In this document: positions 1 through 8,105 of the stretch, piece by piece
Layout: the number at the start of each line of letters is the position of its first letter
Numbering within the stretch: the first letter of the stretch is position 1
Source of the DNA: a virus
Taxonomy: Duplodnaviria > Caudoviricetes
DNA length: 64,000 nucleotides
Reading direction: 5' to 3' (one strand)
Virus record (IMG/VR): IMGVR_UViG_2934384730_000002
Span: 23,867 to 87,866 of that record
Position numbers and translations under genes: made by a program
Notes under the pieces: model-generated
What the model saw: the letters and a program-made list of their open reading frames with translations, nothing else
Database searches by the model: none
What the model was told of the DNA's origin: nothing

Positions 1-1802
1 GTGTTGTCGTACGACGCCTGAGCGGTCACCAGGGACCAGCACTCCGTGCTGTACGACGACGGACAGTCCCCGACCGAAGCACAGTCCGTGACCGTCCCGG
101 CCGGCACGTATGCGGTGACGCCGTCCAGCATGGTGTCGGTGACGGCGACGGTCCCGCCGGTGCAGTCGTGACACACCGTCCGCAGGAACGGCACGGGGGC
201 GCTGCCGGGGACGACGTCGCACAGGACCAGCGGGGCGCACTGCTCGCAGGTCGAGGCGTCGCCTGACTGACCGCCGCCCCCGCACGTGCTGTGTGCGGTG
301 CAGGAGGCGACCTCGCCGACCGGGGTGTACGGCAGCCCGTCGTAGCCGGTGTCCAGGACGTCGACCAGGTCGCCGGTCACGCAGTCCCGGCGGATCGTCC
401 GCAGGAACGGAGTCCCGCATCCGGCCTGCGGAAACGTGAGGCTGACCGTGAAGCCGTCGGCGGTCCACGCCTTGAGGCCCTGGTGCTTGGTCTCCAGGTC
501 CATCTCGATGGCGATCGTGCCCGCGAGAAGGTCCGCGCGGGAGACGTCAGCGGTCACGGTGAACTGGGCGGTGCCCCCGACCGGCGTAGCGGTGATCTGG
601 TTGGCGTCGAGGATCGTGGTCCCGTTGTAGAGGGTGAACCGGCCGGTGACTCCCTGGCCGACTGCCGGCCCCGTGTTCGTCACCGTGGCGGCGACGGTCA
701 GCGTCATGGTGTCCGGCCAGTCCCCGCACGGCGGGCACGTGCCCTCGGGCAGGGTCAGGACGGCGGCCGTGTACCGGTGGGTCGGGTCTGCGGTCGTCTC
801 ACCGCCGGGCGGCCCGTCCACGGTGATCGGCCCGCCGTCGAAGAACGGTTGCGGGTCGGCCAGCACGACCAGCTTGGTGACGCCGTCGCCGGTCTGGAAG
901 TACGGCGTCGGGTCCGTCGCCGTCGCCGCCACCAGGCCCCCGGTGTCGACCGGGGTGGTGTCGCAGAGGGTCAGCGTGGTCGAGGAGCGGCACGGGTCAG
1001 GGTCCGCCGGGTAGCAGACCCCGACGGCCCCGGCCGGTGTGTACGGGGTGCCGTCCAGGGTGTAGTCCGAGAAGCCTACGAGGGCCCCGTTCTCGTCCCG
1101 GGCGTAGTCCCGGACGAACGCGGTCACCGTGCCGTCGGTGGCGGTGTCGCACAGCTGGAGGATGTCCCGCTCCGGCTGCTCGACCCCGGCCGGGCAGACC
1201 GTGACAGTCCCCGCCGGCACGTAGGTGCCGCCGGTGATGGCGTCGACCAGGCGCACGGAGTCAATCGTGCCGTCAACGGCGTAGCTGTACTCGACGAGGA
1301 CCAGGCCGACGACGTCACCGGCGCCGTCGATGTCGCAGAACGTGCCGCTTACGGTGATGCTGCGCGATTCCCCGCACGCGACAGCCCCGGCCGGGACCGT
1401 ACCGGCAGACCACGCCCCTGTGGTGAGGTTGATCCACCCCTCCGACGTGACGACACCGTCGCAGTCCCGCACGACGGTGACCGCGATCGGAGTGCCGTCG
1501 GCGAGGCACAGGCCGACCGTCGCCGTCGGCGTGGTCAGCGCCGCACAGTCCGAAGACGCCGACCCCGACGCGCACGGCTGGAGCGTGCCCGTCGGAACGT
1601 ACACAGCGCCGGTGACCGGGTCCACGGTGCGAGTACCCAGCCGGACCCCGCTGCTCGTGTCGTACACGGCTTCGACCAGTACAGCCGCGGCGACCGTGCC
1701 GTCCGGCAGCACATCGCACAGGAGAGTCCCCTCCGCGTCCACGCGGGGCGTTGCCGCCGCCCCGGAGACGATCACGGGCCCCTGCCCGCAGCATCCACTC
1801 AC
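1..1802 (-). CDS. Cys-rich repeat putative virion protein (3' end runs off window; not in ORF track)
   Basis: GTG at 1802 overlaps the TGA of the upstream gene; reads VSGCCGQGPVIVSG...LLCDVLPDG with repeated LCD..PF(L/V)R..LDG.PY.P.G.VG.C units like those in 1799-4300. Confidence 0.8.
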   Translation of the reverse strand, partial: MSGCCGQGPVIVSGAAATPRVDAEGTLLCDVLPDGTVAAAVLVEAVYDTSSGVRLGTRTVDPVTGAVYVPTGTLQPCASGSASSDCAALTTPTATVGLCLADGTPIAVTVVRDCDGVVTSEGWINLTTGAWSAGTVPAGAVACGESRSITVSGTFCDIDGAGDVVGLVLVEYSYAVDGTIDSVRLVDAITGGTYVPAGTVTVCPAGVEQPERDILQLCDTATDGTVTAFVRDYARDENGALVGFSDYTLDGTPYTPAGAVGVCYPADPDPCRSSTTLTLCDTTPVDTGGLVAATATDPTPYFQTGDGVTKLVVLADPQPFFDGGPITVDGPPGGETTADPTHRYTAAVLTLPEGTCPPCGDWPDTMTLTVAATVTNTGPAVGQGVTGRFTLYNGTTILDANQITATPVGGTAQFTVTADVSRADLLAGTIAIEMDLETKHQGLKAWTADGFTVSLTFPQAGCGTPFLRTIRRDCVTGDLVDVLDTGYDGLPYTPVGEVASCTAHSTCGGGGQSGDASTCEQCAPLVLCDVVPGSAPVPFLRTVCHDCTGGTVAVTDTMLDGVTAYVPAGTVTDCASVGDCPSSYSTECWSLVTAQASYDN

Positions 1803-4300
1803 AGCGTTACTCCTTGAGTCCAGGTGATCGTGACGGTTCCGCTGGTCGCGGTGATGGCGAGCGGGCCGGTCAGGGCCGCATCGATGTCCCGGGCGACAGA
1901 CCAGGTAACGGCCTCGCCCGGGTGGAGGGTGCTCGTCCCGTCCAGGGTGGTGACCGTGCCGCTACCGCCATGGGCGACGGCGGTCACCGACTGGAGGGTG
2001 GGGAACACGGACGCATCCCACGGCCCCGCACCGGGGGCGAGCTCGACGCGGCGGGCCTGGACGCCGATCGCAGGCTCGGCGCCCTCGTCGGTCTCCGCGC
2101 AGTCGATCGGGGCGACCGGCGCGTACGGGGCATCCAGCTCGGCCGTGTAGGTGCCCAGGCTCGTGAGGGTGCCTTCACAGTCGACGGCCAGGAACTCGAC
2201 GTAATCCGTGTCCGCGATGCCGTCGCCGTCCGCGTCGTCACAGCGGCAGACCTGGAACACGGTGTTCGCCGGACAGTCCTCGGCAGTCGCGCACAGACCG
2301 GCCGTGCCGGTGACTACGTACGGCGTGGTGCCGTCCAGGGCGGTATCCGCGACAACCGGGGTACCGCCTCCGGCCGGGAATGTGAGGCGGCGGAGGAACG
2401 GCGTGACGGCTCCGCCTGTGGTGACGTCGCATAGGGAGATGACCTCGGTGTCCGGCTCCACCGGCTCCGCGTCCTCGGCGGAGGGCTGGCAGACGCCGAC
2501 GAGCCCGGTGGGCGTGTACGGCGTCTCTCCGTCCAGGAGGGTGTCTGTCGTGGAGACGACGACCCCGGTGCAGTCCCGGCACACGGTGCGCAGGAACGGG
2601 CCGCCTACGGAGACGTCCAGCGCACCGAACTCCCAGTTGCCGTAGCGCCGGCACTCCACGCTGAGCACCCGGGGGCCGAGGTACTTGAGCGTGAAGGTGG
2701 ACACCCCGGTCACACGGAACCGGGCGGAGGCCGCGCGGGTGGGGGCGTTGAGGGTGCAGCCAGCACCGGTGAGGGAGGGGCCCCCGGTCAGGACGCTGGT
2801 GGTCTGGCTGTAACTGTACCCGGGCGGCAGGCTGAGCGGCACAGCGCCCGGCGGGAGCTGAACCGTGTTCTCTCCTGGCGCGGTGCCGGTCGAGTAGGTC
2901 AGGGCAACACTGAAATCGACGTTCACCGGCTGGTCGAACGTCCAGCGGGTGGTGGGCACGTTTGGGTTGGGGAAGAGTGCGACGCCCCACCAGGAAGCGC
3001 CGTCGCTCTGCCGGCCCGGGACAAACGGGTTCGGGGCGGTGACGGCGTACGTGACGCCGTTGGAGAGCGTCCCGGTGGAGGTGGCCCCGGCAATGGTCGC
3101 CGGGGGGAGGCCGTTGGTGTCGCAGAGGACGGCCGCCTCACAGCTCTGGCACGGAGCGGCGGCGCAGCGCCCCACGGTGCCGGTCGGCCCGTAGGGGGCG
3201 CCGTCCAGGAGGTAGTCCGTGTGCCCGGTGATCGCGCCGTTCTCGTCGCGCCGGTAGTCCCGGACGAACGGCGTGCTCGTGCCGTCAGGGGCGACGTCGC
3301 AGAGCTGGAGGAGGTCCTGCTCCGGCTGGGCGACCCCGGCCGGGCACGTCGTCACCTCACCCTGCGGGACGTAGGTCGTGCCGGTAGTGGCGTCGACCAG
3401 ACGGACGGCGGTGACCGCGCCCTCCGCGCCGTAGGTGTACTCGATCAAAACCAGGCCGAGGACGTCACCGGTGACCGTGTCGACGTCACAGAACGTCCCG
3501 GTGGTCGAGATCGACCGGGGGTTGCCGCATGCCATCGTGCCGACGGGCGGCTCCCCGGAACTGTAGGCGCCCGAGGTGAGGTTCAGCCACCCGTCCTGAG
3601 CGACGGCGCCGGAGCAGTCCCGGGTGACGAGGACAGCGATCGGGGTTCCGTCAGCGAGACACAGGCCGAGCGTCGCGGCCGGCGTCGTCTGCGCCTCACA
3701 CCCGCCGGCCGCCGAGCACACGCCGACGGTGCCGGTGATGACGTACGGGGTGATGCCGTCGAGGGCGACGTCCTCGAAAGCGGCGGTGTCACCGATCCAG
3801 GTGTACCGGCGCAGGAACGGCCCGACCTCGTCGCACAGCGTCAGGACCTCGCCGGACGTCTCGGCGTACTCACAGTCCACCGGGGCGACGGGCGCGTACG
3901 GGACGGACGGGTCGTCCTGGTAGGTCAGGACGAGGTCTGCGGTGCCGTCCGCGCGGACGCACCACAGCTCCGAGTACGTGGCGTTCGCCGCGCCGTCGCC
4001 GTCCGTGTCGTCACAGAGCTGCCGACAGACGGTGTCCAGGCACCCGGCGTCGCAGGGGCCGACGTCGGCCGGGAGTACCCCGGGGGTGAACGCCCCTGTG
4101 GCCGTGTCGATCCAGCCGACGGCCTCCGGGTCGCCGGGGGCCTCCCCGCACTCGACGCAGCCGGAGCGGACAACGAGGAGCACCGTGGAGCTGTCCTGAC
4201 GGCACAGCGGTGCGGCGGCGATCGACGGGGCGCAGCATGTTGTCACCTCGACGGGTGTTGTGCCGCCGCCGTCGGCGCACGGGATGGGCTCGACCGGCAT
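1799..4300 (-). CDS. Cys-rich repeat putative virion/head-fibre protein, 833 aa
   Basis: Repeated LCD/PFLR/LDG.PY modules and DxDGDG motifs; lies downstream of the capsid genes. Confidence 0.8.
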   Translation of the reverse strand: MPVEPIPCADGGGTTPVEVTTCCAPSIAAAPLCRQDSSTVLLVVRSGCVECGEAPGDPEAVGWIDTATGAFTPGVLPADVGPCDAGCLDTVCRQLCDDTDGDGAANATYSELWCVRADGTADLVLTYQDDPSVPYAPVAPVDCEYAETSGEVLTLCDEVGPFLRRYTWIGDTAAFEDVALDGITPYVITGTVGVCSAAGGCEAQTTPAATLGLCLADGTPIAVLVTRDCSGAVAQDGWLNLTSGAYSSGEPPVGTMACGNPRSISTTGTFCDVDTVTGDVLGLVLIEYTYGAEGAVTAVRLVDATTGTTYVPQGEVTTCPAGVAQPEQDLLQLCDVAPDGTSTPFVRDYRRDENGAITGHTDYLLDGAPYGPTGTVGRCAAAPCQSCEAAVLCDTNGLPPATIAGATSTGTLSNGVTYAVTAPNPFVPGRQSDGASWWGVALFPNPNVPTTRWTFDQPVNVDFSVALTYSTGTAPGENTVQLPPGAVPLSLPPGYSYSQTTSVLTGGPSLTGAGCTLNAPTRAASARFRVTGVSTFTLKYLGPRVLSVECRRYGNWEFGALDVSVGGPFLRTVCRDCTGVVVSTTDTLLDGETPYTPTGLVGVCQPSAEDAEPVEPDTEVISLCDVTTGGAVTPFLRRLTFPAGGGTPVVADTALDGTTPYVVTGTAGLCATAEDCPANTVFQVCRCDDADGDGIADTDYVEFLAVDCEGTLTSLGTYTAELDAPYAPVAPIDCAETDEGAEPAIGVQARRVELAPGAGPWDASVFPTLQSVTAVAHGGSGTVTTLDGTSTLHPGEAVTWSVARDIDAALTGPLAITATSGTVTITWTQGVTL

Positions 4301-4303
4301 TGC

Positions 4304-4783
4304 TCACGCCTCCGTGTGCTTGTGGCGGCGGTGGGTGTCCCGGCCGCGCTCGGTGGTGAACTCCCGGTCACACCTGGAGCAGGGGAAGACGCCGTCCACG
4401 TGTTCGGCCGGCGGGTCATCAGGGGTCGGCGGGGGGAGCGGCGTCGAGTCGGGCCCGTACGCCTCCTCCGGGACGTCAGGGAGCGGCTCCCCGGGGATCG
4501 CGGTCAGCTCCGGGGAGGAGAACCCCTCCGCGGTAGCGACGCCGAGGAGCTCCCCGGGGGGCGCCGTTCCCTCCGCGGCATCTTCCTCCGGGGAGACGTA
4601 GCGGCGGCCGTCGACCAGGGCCCCGATGAGGACGTCCTCCGGGGCCTGGACGAACAGCTCCGCCGGGACGGCGAACGTGTTGATACCGACGGTGCGCAAC
4701 TTCGGCGTCTGGGCGGTCGCCCACCGGGCGAACGCGGTCCGCCGGCCCCGGGTGGGCTGGATGTGGATCATCTCGCTACTCAC
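4304..4783 (-). CDS. Hypothetical protein with C-terminal C2H2 zinc finger
   Basis: FPCSRCDREFTTERGRDTHRRHKH. Confidence 0.75.
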   Translation of the reverse strand: MSSEMIHIQPTRGRRTAFARWATAQTPKLRTVGINTFAVPAELFVQAPEDVLIGALVDGRRYVSPEEDAAEGTAPPGELLGVATAEGFSSPELTAIPGEPLPDVPEEAYGPDSTPLPPPTPDDPPAEHVDGVFPCSRCDREFTTERGRDTHRRHKHTEA

Positions 4784-4829
4784 TGGGCAAGACCTCCGTA
4801 ACGGCTCTGACCAGGCATTTCTCCGATAG

Positions 4830-4960
4830 AATGAGGGCGCAAGGCACCCCGGCTCCGGTAGTGCTCGCGCGCTCGCCGAGGAGTTCGGCGTGACGCCGGG
4901 CTACGTGTCGATGCTCGCTACGGAAGAACGGTGGGCGTGGCTGGACGCCGAGGACGCAAC
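4830..4960 (+). pseudogene. Remnant of the C-terminal HTH of an HNH-type endonuclease
   Basis: Start-less frame after TAG 4827 reads ...ARALAEEFGVTPGYVSMLATEERWAWL; lower-GC patch between structural genes. Confidence 0.4.
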
Positions 4961-5803
4961 TCATGTCGAACACACCTCGACGTTCACGGCGCAGATGGTG
5001 CACGTCGTGCCGACCACGTAGGACCGCTCCAGGAGGACCCGGCGGTCGTTGGTGCGGATGTTCACCGACGCGGAGCGGTCGGGGATGGTGTCGAGGGGGC
5101 CGCGCCGGATGTGGACCGGGCCGGTGATGTAGAGCCACGTCGTGCCGGGCTCGGCGGGCAGCCCGCCCGGGCCCACGTTGAGCGCGGAGTAGCCGGCGCC
5201 GATCACCGCGCAGTTCCCGGCGAGGGTCTGAAGGGACCCAGTTTCGGAATCCTCGCGCAGGATGTTGCAGCAGCCGAGGAGCGCCGCGACGCCGGCAGGG
5301 ACGTGCAGGACGCCTACGCCGCCGTAGGACTCCGCGAGGCAGCCCTCCAGCGCGGCGACGCCCTGAGCGACCGACACGGGCCCTTCGGCCGGGGTGAGGT
5401 CGACGGCGTCCCTGGAGAGGTGGGAGGCCATGAACGCGGCCTCCAGGCCGTGCTGCTCGCCGAGGTCCATCGTGGCCCGGGCGTGCTCCACGGCCTCGTC
5501 GTACGACCAGCCGAGGGCGCCGCACTCGGCGCCGGCGTACAGGGTGATCGGGTCCGCGCCCTCGATCTCGGGCCGGTCGAAGATCTTCACGGCGGGTTCC
5601 CCGGGCGACTCGCCGGGGGACTCGTCGGTGAGGCAGGGGTCCACCCAGTGGCGGACCGGGGAGCAGCCGAGGCCCAGCCACTCCACGCCCATCAGCTCGT
5701 GGACGTCGGTGACGTCCACGACGGTGGTACAGGCGTTGAGGATGCCGTGCGGCAGCGGCGTCCCGGTGATGGGCTCGACGGCCTTACGCATGCCTGACGG
5801 CAT
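4961..5803 (-). CDS. Putative major capsid pentamer-type protein
   Basis: 280 aa directly downstream of the major capsid gene; size and position match the hexamer+pentamer capsid gene pair of cluster-B-like actinophages. Confidence 0.6.
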   Translation of the reverse strand: MPSGMRKAVEPITGTPLPHGILNACTTVVDVTDVHELMGVEWLGLGCSPVRHWVDPCLTDESPGESPGEPAVKIFDRPEIEGADPITLYAGAECGALGWSYDEAVEHARATMDLGEQHGLEAAFMASHLSRDAVDLTPAEGPVSVAQGVAALEGCLAESYGGVGVLHVPAGVAALLGCCNILREDSETGSLQTLAGNCAVIGAGYSALNVGPGGLPAEPGTTWLYITGPVHIRRGPLDTIPDRSASVNIRTNDRRVLLERSYVVGTTCTICAVNVEVCST

Positions 5804-5887
5804 CGTGCACCTCCGGTGCGTTCAGGGGACGCCGGGCCCTCGGCTCACGCTCAAGGGCCCGGCGCGTCCGGGTCGGGGAGGTACGGG

Positions 5888-7567
5888 TCAGCAGGCGAGG
5901 AGCGTCTGCGCGCCGGTCTCACCGGAGGGGCAGACCGGGACGGTGACGAGGCGGGTGTCCACCGACCGGTTGACCAGCGCGGCGCACTCCTCCGCGAAGA
6001 GCGCGGTGTAGTCGTTCACGCGGAACTTCGTGCTGTCGTGGATGACGCCGAGGTTGACCTCCTCGCCACGGCCGATGACGAGGCCGCCGGCGGGGTAGAT
6101 CAGGAACTTGACCTCGCCGGGGAACGCCACGGCCGGGTCGGGGCCGCCGATCTCGTCGGGAACGGCCGGGTTCAGGCCCCGCGCGAACTGCACGCGGACA
6201 CCGAGCTTGCCGAACGTGTCCTGAATGCAGTTGGGGTCGAGGTCGCAGATGTTGACGCCGTTCTGCCGCGCGAGGTCGGCGAGGAACAGCTGCCGCGACC
6301 AGTACGGGAACACCACCTCAAGGGCGGTGCTCTCGCAGAGGCTGTGCCGCTCGATCATGTCGGCCGCCTGGAGACCCACCGCCGCGAACACGCTGGAGAG
6401 CGCGCCGAACGACGCCGCGATGTCCACGGGTGTGGCCGTGTTGAGCGCCTGCTGGAAGAGCTGCTGCTTGATACGGATCTCGTGCGCGACCATTGAGTTG
6501 CGCAGGTACCAGGAGACGAGCTCCGGGAAGTGCCGCTGGGTGAGGATGCCGGCCTCCAGGCACACGCCGATGGCGTCACAGCGCACCTCGACCGGCTCCG
6601 GGCAGGGAATGCGGAAGCAGGGCTTCTCAGCACCGCTGATGTCGTCGGCCTCGGTGTGCACCCACGTCATGGCGGCGACGTCGAGGGAGAGCGGCATGTA
6701 GTAGCGCAGGCCGCCCCGGGCGAGCTGGATCTCCGGCGCGTCCCACAGGAGGTCGGGGCACGCCGTGTCGGTCAGCTCGTAGACGGTCTCCGACGGGGCG
6801 CACCAGCCGCCCGACGCGACGAGCTCACGCTCCGGCAGGCGGCTCTGGCTGGAGGCGGTCAGGGCGACGCTGGTGCCCTCCGGCGCCGACGAGGAGTCGG
6901 TGACGATGAGTTCCTGCGGGTACGGGTGCCGGTACGAGATGACCTGACCGACGCCGCCGCCCGCCGTCTTGAGGGCGTTGGCGCGGCTGATGATGCCGGC
7001 CGTGATGTCGCCGAAGTCGAGGGCCGCGCCGGGGGTGTAGCCGGGGACGTCGACCGCCGCGGTGATGGTGGTTCCCGGGGCCGGGGCCTCGGGCAGGACG
7101 CGGGGCTGGACCCGGCGCACGGCGCTGAGGTTGAGGGCGGGCCGGGCGACGGCGGACGCGGTGGCGGTCGCGGGCGCGGCCGGAGCGGGCGCGGCCGGAG
7201 CGGGGGCGGGCTGCTCCGGGGCCGGGTCGGCGGCTGCGGTGGTCTCCTCCGCCGCGGGCGGCTCCTCCACGGCGGGCGCGGTCTGCGCCTCGTCGCCGCG
7301 GATCTGCGCGGCGAGCTGGTCGATCTCGCTCACGGCGGCCTCGGCGGCCTCGCGGCGGGACCGCTGCTCCGAGCGGATCGCCTCGGTGCCGGCGGCGAGC
7401 GCCCGCATCTGGGCGAGGGAGTCCTCCGTGATCTCGTCCCGAGCGGACAGCGCGGCGAAGGTCTGCGCGGTGGTCTCCGTCGCCGCGCTCAGGTCCTCGT
7501 CCGTGAGGGAGGAGAGGTAGGCGCCGTCGGAGAGCTGGTTGAGGTCCTGCGGGAGCTCGAAGGCCAT
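5888..7567 (-). CDS. Major capsid (hexamer-type) protein with N-terminal coiled-coil scaffold
   Basis: LVASGGWCAPSETVYEL motif; Ala/Pro linker; follows the protease gene. Confidence 0.85.
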   Translation of the reverse strand: MAFELPQDLNQLSDGAYLSSLTDEDLSAATETTAQTFAALSARDEITEDSLAQMRALAAGTEAIRSEQRSRREAAEAAVSEIDQLAAQIRGDEAQTAPAVEEPPAAEETTAAADPAPEQPAPAPAAPAPAAPATATASAVARPALNLSAVRRVQPRVLPEAPAPGTTITAAVDVPGYTPGAALDFGDITAGIISRANALKTAGGGVGQVISYRHPYPQELIVTDSSSAPEGTSVALTASSQSRLPERELVASGGWCAPSETVYELTDTACPDLLWDAPEIQLARGGLRYYMPLSLDVAAMTWVHTEADDISGAEKPCFRIPCPEPVEVRCDAIGVCLEAGILTQRHFPELVSWYLRNSMVAHEIRIKQQLFQQALNTATPVDIAASFGALSSVFAAVGLQAADMIERHSLCESTALEVVFPYWSRQLFLADLARQNGVNICDLDPNCIQDTFGKLGVRVQFARGLNPAVPDEIGGPDPAVAFPGEVKFLIYPAGGLVIGRGEEVNLGVIHDSTKFRVNDYTALFAEECAALVNRSVDTRLVTVPVCPSGETGAQTLLAC

Positions 7568-7628
7568 GGGTCGGGTCTCCAGGTTTGATCCTGATGACCC
7601 GGCCCATAACCAGCGGTACTAGTGGAAC

Positions 7629-7644
7629 AGCATAGCCACCCCGG
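7629..7644 (-). promoter_or_regulatory. Putative late promoter (CCGG-N5-CTATG(A/C)T)
   Basis: CCGGGGTGGCTATGCT upstream of the capsid gene; similar motifs at 14929 and 18863. Confidence 0.5.
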
Positions 7645-7674
7645 AGGGCAGGTAAGCGGTGATGTGAGGGGTGG

Positions 7675-8079
7675 TCAGGCCGGGGTGGGGGCCTGCTCGG
7701 CGGTGAGGGTGGCGCCCGAGGCGGTGAGCGCGGCCGGGAGCGGGTAGACCACGGCCCCGCTGTCCACGGCGCGGACCACGGCGCCGTCGGCCGCCCGCTC
7801 GTCCGCGGCGGCCCGCAGCGGGGCCTTGTCGGCGTCGTTGCGGACCTTGTGGGCGGGGAGGATCACCGTGTCTCCGGCGACGACCTCGTACGCGCCCTTG
7901 GGCCAGGCGTGGTAGACGGCGTCGCCGGTCTTCTTGTCCCGGACGACGCTGGTGGGGTACCGGTCCGCGACGGCCTCGGCGGTGCCGCGGCTGGAGCTGG
8001 TGAACGCGGGCCGGTTCGCGCGGCCGGCGTTCGGGACGACCTCGTACGTCTGGCGCTTGTTCTTGCACGCGCATGCCAT
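7675..8079 (-). CDS. Small head-associated hypothetical protein (MACACKNK...)
   Basis: ATG at 8079 with GAGGAG RBS; between protease and capsid genes. Confidence 0.7.
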   Translation of the reverse strand: MACACKNKRQTYEVVPNAGRANRPAFTSSSRGTAEAVADRYPTSVVRDKKTGDAVYHAWPKGAYEVVAGDTVILPAHKVRNDADKAPLRAAADERAADGAVVRAVDSGAVVYPLPAALTASGATLTAEQAPTPA

Positions 8080-8105
8080 GGCGGTGCTCCTCTCGGGTGG
8101 GTGGG

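Noticed and set aside
1-4300. Claim that the phage is tailless
   Set aside because: The structural operon runs off the left edge, so tail genes may lie outside the window.
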